From positions 300,555 to 364,554 of IMG/VR virus record IMGVR_UViG_3300042350_002797: DNA of 64,000 bases. One strand, given 5' to 3'. The notes beneath the pieces are model-generated. The model saw only the letters and a list, made by a program, of their open reading frames with translations. It was not told the origin of the DNA and ran no database searches. The translations under genes and the position numbers were made by a program. Each line of letters starts with the position of its first letter. Within the stretch, counting starts at the first letter, position 1. Positions 38,348-47,351 of the stretch are shown piece after piece.

Positions 38348-39178
38348 TTAAACTTCTAAGTCTAACCACTCGTAAACATTTAACCATTTACGTCTGCCCA
38401 CGGTTTCTTTAAGATGTGTTAGATCTGCACAGGTCTTAGCTCTAAATCTTGATTTTTCTGCGTCTGGCATAGGAATTAATCTAAGTTCTACGCCTTCTTG
38501 TTCTGCAATATGCTCTGCTATATCTAAGAAACTATGTGCTAAGCCGCTGCCTACATTCCAAATTCCACTGCCTTTAACTGTAAGTATGAAATCTAAGTGT
38601 ATTTTACAAACATCACCTACCCATGTCCAATCTCTTTTGATATGTTCTGCATTTTCCCAAACTTCTATGTAGCCCTGTTTACGTGCCTGTTGTCGCCATT
38701 TATAGATAGCATTAGCCCTACGGCCACGCAAATGCATCCATTTTCCATATACATTAAAATATCTAAATCCTTGAACGAAAGCGGTATGTGTTTGGCTAAA
38801 AATATACCTGTCGCTAAGATACTTACTCCAAGCATAAGCAGTTTGAGGAGTACAAGGTGCAAATTCACTGAAATTTTTAGTGTCACCGTAGACACTGCTA
38901 GAACTAGCATATTGTAGATTTACACCATGCTTTTGGCATTCATGATAGAGCCAAATAGTGAAATCATAATTTTGATACATGACTTTTTCTACATCAGTTT
39001 CAGTCATGTCAGCTATGGCACCGAGATGAATGACCCAATCATATTCAAGTACAACAGGCCATTCATCTCGATTAGGACTCCAGTTCCAGCCTTGAACTAC
39101 CCATTCAGGCTGAAGATGAAGATAAGACATCATATTCCGGCCGATAAATCCTTCACAACCGGTCACTAATACTCTCAT
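38348..39178 (-). CDS. hldD: Second HldD-like NAD-dependent epimerase
   Basis: GCEGFIG, HLGAI, YASSSSVYG, YAWSK, GFRYFNVYG. Confidence 0.75.
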   Translation of the reverse strand: MRVLVTGCEGFIGRNMMSYLHLQPEWVVQGWNWSPNRDEWPVVLEYDWVIHLGAIADMTETDVEKVMYQNYDFTIWLYHECQKHGVNLQYASSSSVYGDTKNFSEFAPCTPQTAYAWSKYLSDRYIFSQTHTAFVQGFRYFNVYGKWMHLRGRRANAIYKWRQQARKQGYIEVWENAEHIKRDWTWVGDVCKIHLDFILTVKGSGIWNVGSGLAHSFLDIAEHIAEQEGVELRLIPMPDAEKSRFRAKTCADLTHLKETVGRRKWLNVYEWLDLEV

Positions 39179-39199
39179 ATATACCTCACTTAGAGATAT

Positions 39200-39685
39200 T
39201 TATGAGTCTAAATCCTCCGTCTCGGTTTTTTCACCCCTACGCCAATCCTCGTTTATAATTGTTTTATCTGAATTACAATTCAAACATAAAGATCTTATAT
39301 TATCTTCTGAATCGTCACCTCCGTCAGCTTGACGAACTTGATGATCTCCAATGATACGATTGCGACACAGTCTGTTAAACAGCACAGGATCTTTTTCTTC
39401 CATGCCTGGATATTTCATTCTTACTTGTTCTGAAACATCTACACCGCAATCGTCACACACCCATTTGCGATGCAGTGTGTGTAATCTGTCTAACCTACCT
39501 GGACCACCATACTCCACAAGTTTAAGTTGATGATCTCTGCACAACACATCACTACCTGGACCGTCAAACATGGTCAAAGAATTCTTGCAATCATCCATAC
39601 GACATGTAAGATTCTTTTTGATCTGTTCTTTTAGAACACTTTGACCTTTCAACTTGTCCCTATTAGGATCTCGTAGTGTATACAT
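39200..39685 (-). CDS. Zn-finger HNH endonuclease
   Basis: CDDC...GDHQVRQADGG.DS.DNIRSLCLNCNSDKT; ATG 39685 abuts the upstream stop. Confidence 0.75.
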   Translation of the reverse strand: MYTLRDPNRDKLKGQSVLKEQIKKNLTCRMDDCKNSLTMFDGPGSDVLCRDHQLKLVEYGGPGRLDRLHTLHRKWVCDDCGVDVSEQVRMKYPGMEEKDPVLFNRLCRNRIIGDHQVRQADGGDDSEDNIRSLCLNCNSDKTIINEDWRRGEKTETEDLDS

Positions 39686-39686
39686 G

Positions 39687-40847
39687 TTACCACAGGTCCT
39701 TTTTGTCAACAGTAAAACCGTTATTAGCATTATATAAAGGCACAGTCAACTTGGTACTCTTCTTAAGTTGTGCGGTCAAGAAAGGAATACCTGTGCGCAT
39801 CTCTGTAGTGAACCCACGTACAATAACATTACCATTGGAGTCGACGTCTGTGCTATGCTGATTAGCATTACGATACCAAGACTCATATGCTATACGAACT
39901 TTGTCCCAGAACCTGCCATTAGGACCAAAGTCTGCATCAAAGTATTTTTTAGTAAATGCTACGAACTCGAGCAAGTATACATCGTCGACGGTGATGTTTT
40001 GTTCATAGCACAGATTGAAATATTCGTACAACTGTCTAGCCTCCTTAGCTTCTACAGGACGTTGTTCATTCAAGAAGCTCCAATATTGAGCAAACATACG
40101 TGTAACTTCGGGATGCTTACGTGTCTTAAGACTCTTGCTCATTAATGTGTCAGCAAGCAAAGTAAATGCTCCCGGTTGATCTTCGTCACCAAACTTGGAG
40201 TGTGTAACAAACAGACCTGCGGCAGCAAGATAATCATTCTTAAGTGCAGTGTCTACCCACTCTGGGTCGTCTGCATGATCAACTTTGACACCAAATACCA
40301 TCTGAATGTATTTGTCAATAAAGTCTAATTCTTCTTTAGCATCGCCGTTAAGCAAAATAAAGTTACGACGAATTTCTAATTTGTGTTTTACATTATAACG
40401 AACAACTGGCACAAGTGTTTCAGCAACCTGTTCGCCAAATATTTTAGTTAAGATAATATAAAGTGTAATGGCAGTGTGCTGCCCATCCCATGCAATATAG
40501 TATCCTGGCTTGTTTTCGTCTTCGTAGACTTGGATAGCCATAATCATTGTACTGCGGAAATTTTGTAGAATGTTTAATATATGACGCAAATTAAGATTAC
40601 GCTGCATCGTAGTATCAATTAGGATCTTATCCATAGGAACCATAATTGCTTCACACAATTTAAGATCCGAAAATTTACCGCAATTGGCGTTGCGACGTTT
40701 AAATTCGTCCAACATTCCGGTCAGCATGTTTACAAATACTGGTGCTGCTTTAAGCGCATCTGAAAGACGTTGTTGTAACGTGACAAAATGGCTAGTTGAT
40801 TTAAGATAACGATTGTTAATCTTTTGAGCGTGAGATACTGCTGTCAT
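39687..40847 (-). CDS. ParB-like/DGQHR-superfamily protein
   Basis: IDTTMQRNL...YYIAWDGQHT motif; AGGAG RBS; own sigma70 promoter. Confidence 0.65.
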   Translation of the reverse strand: MTAVSHAQKINNRYLKSTSHFVTLQQRLSDALKAAPVFVNMLTGMLDEFKRRNANCGKFSDLKLCEAIMVPMDKILIDTTMQRNLNLRHILNILQNFRSTMIMAIQVYEDENKPGYYIAWDGQHTAITLYIILTKIFGEQVAETLVPVVRYNVKHKLEIRRNFILLNGDAKEELDFIDKYIQMVFGVKVDHADDPEWVDTALKNDYLAAAGLFVTHSKFGDEDQPGAFTLLADTLMSKSLKTRKHPEVTRMFAQYWSFLNEQRPVEAKEARQLYEYFNLCYEQNITVDDVYLLEFVAFTKKYFDADFGPNGRFWDKVRIAYESWYRNANQHSTDVDSNGNVIVRGFTTEMRTGIPFLTAQLKKSTKLTVPLYNANNGFTVDKKDLW

Positions 40848-40926
40848 TTGATTTCTCCTAAAAATGGGGCTTCACTTGCCCACTGGTTGCGGTCTTCACT
40901 TGACCAAATTTATTTACTACAGGCTC

Positions 40927-41007
40927 AGTATATAATAGTTAATTTTGAATGTCAACTGTAAATTTACCGAAATAACTGTTGACTTTAATGCAGAACTATA
41001 TTATAAT
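40927..41007. promoter_or_regulatory. Divergent sigma70 promoter pair at the strand switch
   Basis: Minus: TTGACA(40955-50)-N17-TATACT; plus: TTGACT(40979)-N17-TATAAT(41002). Confidence 0.75.
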
Positions 41008-41039
41008 AGCGTCATGTTCAACTAATGCAGGAGCGTTCC

Positions 41040-41225
41040 GTGCGTTACATTTTTGCAACAATAGCACTTTTGTTAACAGGTTGCTCGACCATTGAGCAAA
41101 TTGCTACTACCTGTCCAGGATTACGTCCTTATGATCCGCAAATGTGCAGGGGAGAGTTCTTCCAGCAACTACCCAACTTTGAAAATGAAGCTATAATTCG
41201 TAGACAGCGTGGAGAGATTTGGTAA
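41040..41225 (+). CDS. Small putative lipoprotein
   Basis: AGGAG then GTG start; LLTGC lipobox. Confidence 0.6.
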   Translation: MRYIFATIALLLTGCSTIEQIATTCPGLRPYDPQMCRGEFFQQLPNFENEAIIRRQRGEIW

Positions 41226-41539
41226 TGAAAGCATATAAAGAAATAACTGATTGGACAACTCCGAATCATACTTACCTTTTGGATGGTAATACTTTGATTG
41301 CTTATATTATGGATGGCAATACCGATCCATTTTACTTTAAAAATCCTATCAAAGGATTTGACAAACGAGGACGCAAATTTATCGAACTGGATGACAATCC
41401 GTTTGAAGTGAAAGTACAATCCTCGTTACGCGAAGTCAAAGGTAGCAAAGGTAATAGTTATTTTGTTAATGATATCGAACACACTTGTACTTGTCCTGGC
41501 TTTACTTTTAGAGGCAAGTGTAAACATGTGGAGGACTAA
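41225..41539 (+). CDS. SWIM zinc-finger protein
   Basis: CTCPGFTFRGKCKH. Confidence 0.75.
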   Translation: MKAYKEITDWTTPNHTYLLDGNTLIAYIMDGNTDPFYFKNPIKGFDKRGRKFIELDDNPFEVKVQSSLREVKGSKGNSYFVNDIEHTCTCPGFTFRGKCKHVED

Positions 41540-41733
41540 TGGATCCTAAATTACGCAAAAAAATAAAACTGTTTGCTGATCAAATGGTTGAAGATTATTT
41601 GTATTTTGGTTACTATGAATTCGACGAAGATGATGTATTGCGTATTGTTCGTGTATTTAAAACTGATGTAAAGACAGTGTGTAAAACTTTACGTATTGAT
41701 ATACCAGATAGGTTAGTAAAAAATGAACTCTAG
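41539..41733 (+). CDS. Hypothetical protein
   Basis: GGAGG RBS; coupled; ends in TAG. Confidence 0.6.
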   Translation: MDPKLRKKIKLFADQMVEDYLYFGYYEFDEDDVLRIVRVFKTDVKTVCKTLRIDIPDRLVKNEL

Positions 41734-41938
41734 AATTGATGATCTTATGTATCAAGCAGGATTAACAGCACAAGGCTGCTGGGATGAAATGGATGAGTAC
41801 AACCGTGAAGCTATCATACGTTTCGCAGAATTGATTATAAAAGATTGTGCGGGTGCTTTGGATCCTATGCTTCGTGATATGATCAGTCGCGGTCAAGGTG
41901 TCCATTTAATATACAAACATTTTGGATTTGAAGAATGA
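41723..41938 (+). CDS. Small protein, MNxRI...F..LI..[DE]CA family
   Basis: Similar to 41935 and 48449. Confidence 0.65.
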   Translation: MNSRIDDLMYQAGLTAQGCWDEMDEYNREAIIRFAELIIKDCAGALDPMLRDMISRGQGVHLIYKHFGFEE

Positions 41939-42198
41939 ACAGCAAACTTAAAAAACTAATGGAAGAATCTGGCACACACAAATACATCAGTGAAGAATGT
42001 CAAAATCGTATTGAGTTCGTGGTCGCTCTGGTAGTAGAAGAGTGTGCTCAAATTTGTATGAGTCAAGCAGATCGTAGAAACATTCGTAACGCCTTTGGAT
42101 TACCTGTTGAGAGTAATGTAAAGTATCCAGGTCCAGAAGCTAGAAATAGTATAGAAAGTCAATACAACAGAGAAATTAATATTCCTAAACATGACTAA
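41935..42198 (+). CDS. Small protein, MNxRI...ECA family
   Basis: VVEECAQIC. Confidence 0.65.
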   Translation: MNSKLKKLMEESGTHKYISEECQNRIEFVVALVVEECAQICMSQADRRNIRNAFGLPVESNVKYPGPEARNSIESQYNREINIPKHD

Positions 42199-42646
42199 AA
42201 AGATCTACTACGAAAAACGTGGACGTAGATATGTACCTGTGGCCGAATACGACAATGATCTAATGAATAGTTTTCCAAAAGGTAATCATCTTGTAATGTG
42301 CTATCCTGGTGGTAGTAGTCGTCGTTATAATATTGAACCTAATTATGCTGCTATGATTGCTGCTGGGCGGGTGGCTGAAGATGCTATTTGCGAAAAACTA
42401 TCCAAAGCATCTGAGATACGTCCTAATCGTAGAGCACTGACGCAAGAAGAACTCGATGCTTGGAACAACTTAATCGCAGTGTGGGGCGACGAAGCTAGAG
42501 GATTACAACATCCTAGCATTAGGGAAGTTGCCGAAGCTGGAGTTCGGGTCATGATAGAAGAAGCAGAAAAACTTATGACCAATCCAAGTGTACGTCTAGC
42601 TTATGAAAAGTTTTTAATGGTAGCAGAATTGTCTAAGGAAAGATAA
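42191..42646 (+). CDS. Hypothetical phage protein
   Basis: Coupled ORF; YYEKRGRRYVPV. Confidence 0.7.
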   Translation: MTKKIYYEKRGRRYVPVAEYDNDLMNSFPKGNHLVMCYPGGSSRRYNIEPNYAAMIAAGRVAEDAICEKLSKASEIRPNRRALTQEELDAWNNLIAVWGDEARGLQHPSIREVAEAGVRVMIEEAEKLMTNPSVRLAYEKFLMVAELSKER

Positions 42647-42810
42647 TGTGGATATTTTTAATAGTTACTACACTTAATATCAATCCTCCTGAATATAACT
42701 TTGAAGCAAGAGCAACTACTAATACAATGACAGAATGTATTAGGTTGTTAGAACAATATAAAAAAGATTCTGTTAAACAAGACGCTTATTGCATAAAGGC
42801 TAAAACATGA
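42646..42810 (+). CDS. Small membrane-anchored two-Cys protein (not in ORF track)
   Basis: MWIFLIV...TECI...AYCIKAKT fills the gap with overlapping start and stop. Confidence 0.6.
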   Translation: MWIFLIVTTLNINPPEYNFEARATTNTMTECIRLLEQYKKDSVKQDAYCIKAKT

Positions 42811-43028
42811 AAATTTTTGAAACATTTGAACAAGTAGAAGGCATGCGTGGTTGTATGAAACGACCTATTGTTATACATGCTCAGCAAATTGGCACAGAGT
42901 TCAGAGTAAACACATTAGAAGGCAATTATAAACAAGGTAAGCCTGGTGATTACCTTATGAAAGGCATTGATGGTGAACTGTATATCTGTGATCGAGAGAT
43001 ATTTGAGAAAACTTATGATTGGGTATAA
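42807..43028 (+). CDS. PGDYG-like small protein
   Basis: TLEG...GKPGDYLMKG.DGELY.C..EIFEKTY. Confidence 0.7.
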   Translation: MKIFETFEQVEGMRGCMKRPIVIHAQQIGTEFRVNTLEGNYKQGKPGDYLMKGIDGELYICDREIFEKTYDWV

Positions 43029-43170
43029 ATCAATTTTTGTTATTATTGCGTTGTCTTTAACAGCATGTAGCACTGTGCAGGAAGCTCATGATGAGTTTCG
43101 AAAAGAGATTGATGGATTCAATCGTGAATGGGCTAGAGTTATATTAAAGAAAGAAATAGATGAAAACTGA
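43015..43170 (+). CDS. Small putative lipoprotein
   Basis: LSLTAC lipobox. Confidence 0.55.
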   Translation: MIGYKSIFVIIALSLTACSTVQEAHDEFRKEIDGFNREWARVILKKEIDEN

Positions 43171-43546
43171 GAACATTGATCCAGTTCTAATATTCAATAG
43201 TCTTAATTTTGTACAAAGCATCACTAAAAACTATGGTGCTGAACAAGGTATGGCTATGTGGGATACAATTGCTAATACCATCGACCGTCGTCTTAAACTA
43301 GAAGTGTTTAGAGCCATGATGGATGGAGATCGAGCCGAGGGTCATGTTAAAATCATCGGTGCTTATCCTAGTTCAGATAAGATTCATCTGATAAAAACTT
43401 TACGACAGTTCACGAAAATGAGTCTAGCTGAAGCTAAAAAGATGATAGAAGATTTGCAAACCGGAAACTGGTTATATGTAACTGTACCATATCATGAGCA
43501 TCCAACAGCTATTGTGGAGTTTAGGAAAGCGGGATTCATATTATGA
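43160..43546 (+). CDS. Protein with ribosomal bL12 C-terminal-domain-like motif
   Basis: KIHLIKTLRQFTKMSLAEAKKMIE vs bL12 KIxVIKxVRxITGLGLKEAKxLVE. Confidence 0.6.
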   Translation: MKTENIDPVLIFNSLNFVQSITKNYGAEQGMAMWDTIANTIDRRLKLEVFRAMMDGDRAEGHVKIIGAYPSSDKIHLIKTLRQFTKMSLAEAKKMIEDLQTGNWLYVTVPYHEHPTAIVEFRKAGFIL

Positions 43547-43839
43547 ACTACGATGAACTATTAAAACAATTAGACGATATTGTATTGCCTGAACGTAATA
43601 CCACTTTGTATATGAAACTTAAAACCTGTGAAGTTGGTATGTTTAAACTGCCAGGTATTATCGTTGAACGCCCGGAAGACTGGAGCGACGAACACTGGCA
43701 ACAAACACAAGAAGAAATGGATGCTTGGGCAGACAGTGAACAAGGCACAGGCAAGCGCATGACAGATGTACTTTGGAGCTTTCGTAAAGAAAGTCAACGT
43801 GATTGGTTTATTTTGAAATGGAGTGGTAATGAGAGTTAA
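43543..43839 (+). CDS. WFxL[KR]W-family small protein
   Basis: QRDWFILKWS. Confidence 0.7.
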   Translation: MNYDELLKQLDDIVLPERNTTLYMKLKTCEVGMFKLPGIIVERPEDWSDEHWQQTQEEMDAWADSEQGTGKRMTDVLWSFRKESQRDWFILKWSGNES

Positions 43840-44116
43840 GAAGACAGATAAACGTTTTAAAGGACATCCTACATTTAAATATTGCTTGGACTTAAAACGC
43901 TACGGCGACAAAAACTTTTTTCAAATTCGTGAATGGTGCTGGAAAACTTTTGGTGCTAGTAAGGAAATCGAAGCACTACAGGATGATTGGCGTCATAGGG
44001 AGTTTGAAAATAATAGTCACAATCCAGAATGGTGTTGGCATTTTGATGCGTATACAAGACGTATATACTTTGCCACAGACAAAGAAGCAAACTGGTTTAC
44101 TCTTAAGTGGAGCTAA
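43829..44116 (+). CDS. WFxL[KR]W-family small protein
   Basis: IREWCWKTFG...EANWFTLKWS. Confidence 0.7.
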   Translation: MRVKKTDKRFKGHPTFKYCLDLKRYGDKNFFQIREWCWKTFGASKEIEALQDDWRHREFENNSHNPEWCWHFDAYTRRIYFATDKEANWFTLKWS

Positions 44117-44424
44117 TGCGTAAGCGACAACTTATGAACGCAACTGCTGTTGAGCGTCTTATAGACGACTTAGGTCCTTATAAATTAAAATTAAGCCAAA
44201 TAGAATTTAACGGCGAATCCTATTATGAAGTGAAGCCTGTGGGCTGGATGCATAAACACGAACTACAGTGGAATGACATGATTGCTTGGGTCGTGGACTC
44301 ATTTGGCCCTACTGCCAAGGATGGTGTATGGACACCTGGACAGCGTTGGTATTGTAACAATGCCAGATTCTATTTCAAAGATATTAAAGACAGAGATTGG
44401 TTTGTATTGCGATGGAGTGCGTAA
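44116..44424 (+). CDS. WFxL[KR]W-family small protein
   Basis: MIAWVVDSFG...DRDWFVLRWS. Confidence 0.7.
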   Translation: MRKRQLMNATAVERLIDDLGPYKLKLSQIEFNGESYYEVKPVGWMHKHELQWNDMIAWVVDSFGPTAKDGVWTPGQRWYCNNARFYFKDIKDRDWFVLRWSA

Positions 44425-44648
44425 AAGTAAATTTGTTGAAACAAACTGGCTGGGTCCTGTTTAGCAGATTCAGCGATCAAAATCCTGGACTAAGCAAAGA
44501 TCAGTTTGCTCGAGAATTCGAACGGCAATATCGTTGTAAAATATACAAAGACATAAATCTAGACACTTATTACATGGAGTTTAAACCCGAACATTGGACT
44601 TGGATTTGTCTACAATACCCTGTAGACGAGTTCGATATCATAGAATGA
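44412..44648 (+). CDS. Divergent WFxL-family small protein
   Basis: HWTWICLQY. Confidence 0.55.
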   Translation: MECVKVNLLKQTGWVLFSRFSDQNPGLSKDQFAREFERQYRCKIYKDINLDTYYMEFKPEHWTWICLQYPVDEFDIIE

Positions 44649-44923
44649 TTATTGATATAACAGAAATAATCATTAATAGAAGGCAAACTATAGTAGCATT
44701 ACGAGAATGGTTAGATGCAAATGTAGGTCCGTACTTAGGTCCAGGACAAGGATTAAAAAGAATAGATGAACAAATACCTGCTCGTTATACTACATTAGAG
44801 ATAGGCGAAGGTTGGCAAATTGAAATGAAAGAGATAGTCGACGGCTATGGCAGAACAGTATACTATCAATTAGATATAGATAATGAACAACTGGCAACAT
44901 TTTTTATACTTAAATTTCTATGA
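44645..44923 (+). CDS. WFxL-family small protein
   Basis: LREWLDANVG...LATFFILKF. Confidence 0.65.
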   Translation: MIIDITEIIINRRQTIVALREWLDANVGPYLGPGQGLKRIDEQIPARYTTLEIGEGWQIEMKEIVDGYGRTVYYQLDIDNEQLATFFILKFL

Positions 44924-45156
44924 ATGAGTATCCGCATCCTGCTGATCTAATGGCTTTACCTTGTGGAGGTATTGCTTATTATGATTATGAAAATGAAATT
45001 AGTTATCGTTGTGGCCAATGTGATGCTGTAGTAGGTAGTATTGGTATGCCTAAACATTGCAAAGACGAAATAACTAAATGGGATAACTGGGAAGAGTTAG
45101 GCGGTAAGCCTTGGAACTACCAAGTTCCTGATGACTACATGGATGACTGGTCATGA
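44920..45156 (+). CDS. Small Cys-containing protein
   Basis: LPCGG...YRCGQC..VVGSIGMP..C. Confidence 0.65.
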   Translation: MNEYPHPADLMALPCGGIAYYDYENEISYRCGQCDAVVGSIGMPKHCKDEITKWDNWEELGGKPWNYQVPDDYMDDWS

Positions 45157-45374
45157 TATACGAAGTTGAAAAATCTCGTCCGAAGAAGAAACCCGACACA
45201 GAATTTATTATTGTGAGAACGACTGGTATAGGTCCTGAAGTAGTGGATTGGCTTAATAAAAATTTTGGTCCTAGTGAACCTGGTGATATCAATGCCCGTT
45301 GGTTTATAGTTGTTCGAAGTATTTTCTTTAGGCACGAAAAAGATTATACTTGGTTCAGACTGCGTTGGCAATAA
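45153..45374 (+). CDS. WFxL[KR]W-family small protein
   Basis: VVDWLNKNFG...DYTWFRLRW. Confidence 0.7.
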   Translation: MIYEVEKSRPKKKPDTEFIIVRTTGIGPEVVDWLNKNFGPSEPGDINARWFIVVRSIFFRHEKDYTWFRLRWQ

Positions 45375-45386
45375 AATTTCTTTACA

Positions 45387-45593
45387 ATGGAATTAACTAA
45401 GTTTAAAATAGACATACCAGATAAAAAAGGTCATTGGGTGGAACTACACAGTTCTAGTCTAATGAACGAGTCTATGATGATTCAAGTAGACAATTGGGTT
45501 CGTAATAATAATTTAGGCAAACGCATGGCATTCAATATGTGGAAACTAAAAAATGAACGAAGTCGGAATTGGTTTATACTAAGATGGAGTTGA
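45387..45593 (+). CDS. WFxL[KR]W-family small protein
   Basis: SRNWFILRWS. Confidence 0.7.
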   Translation: MELTKFKIDIPDKKGHWVELHSSSLMNESMMIQVDNWVRNNNLGKRMAFNMWKLKNERSRNWFILRWS

Positions 45594-45594
45594 C

Positions 45595-45816
45595 ATGGAA
45601 TTACTACCTTGGATCTTGATTGTACAACTGTGGACTGATCCTCCACCAAAGATGAAATTTGTTTATAGCAAAGTATATCCAAATTACGCTGAATGTATGG
45701 AAGCACGTAAAGAATGGGATAACAAAGGGTTAGTGGCTATTTGTGGATTAAAAAATGAAACCAATAAAGATGCACAAAAGAACTTGGACAAAGATAAATC
45801 AAAAACTCCGAACTGA
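45595..45816 (+). CDS. Small membrane-anchored two-Cys protein
   Basis: PWILIVQLW...YAECMEA...AICG. Confidence 0.6.
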   Translation: MELLPWILIVQLWTDPPPKMKFVYSKVYPNYAECMEARKEWDNKGLVAICGLKNETNKDAQKNLDKDKSKTPN

Positions 45817-46099
45817 GTATCCTCCTAGTTATTTCATTAGAGAAAAGATGAAAGCCAAATTAGGATTCACAGTGCGTGAGCATACAGCTTGGAATGTGAA
45901 CAAAAACTACGATAAAGAATATGCGGCCTATGAAGAAGCTAAAATGAGTCAGGACGAGATGAACTATCTTCTGTCATTGCCGCCCGAACGTGGACGTACT
46001 AGAACAGAAATACATTTAGATTTTTACAGCGAAAACAAACGGACAATGTTCTTGCTCAAATACGCAGAGGAGTTAGCAGACGATGATAAAAGGAATTAA
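45755..46099 (+). CDS. WFxL-family related protein
   Basis: LDFYSENKRTMFLLKY. Confidence 0.65.
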   Translation: MKPIKMHKRTWTKINQKLRTEYPPSYFIREKMKAKLGFTVREHTAWNVNKNYDKEYAAYEEAKMSQDEMNYLLSLPPERGRTRTEIHLDFYSENKRTMFLLKYAEELADDDKRN

Positions 46100-46469
46100 C
46101 GGATCAAATTATGTAAGCGTAAGTGGCGGGCAAATGAACTTACCTTACATTAACGGCAGTGCTCTCAGTGCTGGACAGATGAGATTTAATCCTGGTACAC
46201 AGAATTTTGAAGTATATGATGGTATAACTTGGCAAAGTATTACGCCTTCATATGCCAATGTAGACTTACCGGACTGGGTAAAGGCCACACTTGATTGGGC
46301 ACATCAACATATGATGGATCAACAAAAATTAGATTATCTCTGTGAAAAATATCCCGGCCTAGAAAAAGCACGTGACAATTTCGAACTGTTCAAGAAGTTT
46401 GTTCTGGCACAGGAACAAGCTGATAATGGTCATCCGGTGGCCAATAGTGGTGTAAGTGCGGCTCCATAA
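46083..46469 (+). CDS. Hypothetical phage protein
   Basis: GQMRFNP...FEVYDG..W; KYPGLEKARDNF. Confidence 0.7.
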   Translation: MIKGINGSNYVSVSGGQMNLPYINGSALSAGQMRFNPGTQNFEVYDGITWQSITPSYANVDLPDWVKATLDWAHQHMMDQQKLDYLCEKYPGLEKARDNFELFKKFVLAQEQADNGHPVANSGVSAAP

Positions 46470-46514
46470 AAAGTATAGTTTTTTCTAGTTTTTTGGTAAG
46501 ATAAGTATTCTACT

Positions 46515-47351
46515 ATGAAAAAAATACTACTAGCTACTCTATTGGCATTTGCTTTTGCTGGTGCAGCAGACGCAAAGCCCAATAAAAAACATAAAAAGGC
46601 AAAGAGTCGTAAGGCTAAAACACATTTAGTTAAGAAGACTCCTAACTATAGCTACTATGCCACGGGCAGTTATGTGCTATTTGATTATGATAACGGTGAA
46701 TTCAGTGATGAGTTCAATCGTAATCAAGTACGCAGTATAGCCAGTATTACCAAGATGTTTACAGCTATTACCGTGATTAACAGTAGTGCTAACCTGTACG
46801 AAAAGCTATATGTCTCTGGTCATAACGGTGGTAAAGTGCCCAGAGGTACCTATGTTAGCCGTATGGACTTGCTCAAGGCCATGGTCATGAATTCCGATAA
46901 TCTAGCTGCTGAAGTACTGGCCAATAATCATCCTGGTGGATTTAATCAGTTTATCATAGATGCTAATACTTACAATCACAATATTGGTTTGATACACACA
47001 CAGATTGTGGACAGTTCAGGCTTGTTACCAGGTAATGTTAGCACAGCCAGCGAGCTAGTCCTGTTCTTGAACAGTATTAAAAACAATCCTGTGATACAGG
47101 ACATTGGAGCATTGCGTAATTTTGATCTGAGTGTGCCTAAAGGCAAAAAGAATGTACATATTAAATTTCACAACACTAATCCTGAACTGTATAAGTATGA
47201 TAACATCTTAATCAGCAAGACAGGATTTACCAATAGTGCTGGTCGTTGTGTTATGATGCTGGTAGAGAAAGGAAGCAAGGTCTACGGTTTGATTGTACTT
47301 GGACAACCAAATGTTCAACGTCGTAGTCAAATTGTAGCTCAACTAATGTAA
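46515..47351 (+). CDS. Peptidase S11 D-Ala-D-Ala endo/carboxypeptidase (PBP7/PbpG-like)
   Basis: Signal peptide; SIASITK (SxxK), SDN (SxN), KTG; AGRC. Confidence 0.85.
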   Translation: MKKILLATLLAFAFAGAADAKPNKKHKKAKSRKAKTHLVKKTPNYSYYATGSYVLFDYDNGEFSDEFNRNQVRSIASITKMFTAITVINSSANLYEKLYVSGHNGGKVPRGTYVSRMDLLKAMVMNSDNLAAEVLANNHPGGFNQFIIDANTYNHNIGLIHTQIVDSSGLLPGNVSTASELVLFLNSIKNNPVIQDIGALRNFDLSVPKGKKNVHIKFHNTNPELYKYDNILISKTGFTNSAGRCVMMLVEKGSKVYGLIVLGQPNVQRRSQIVAQLM

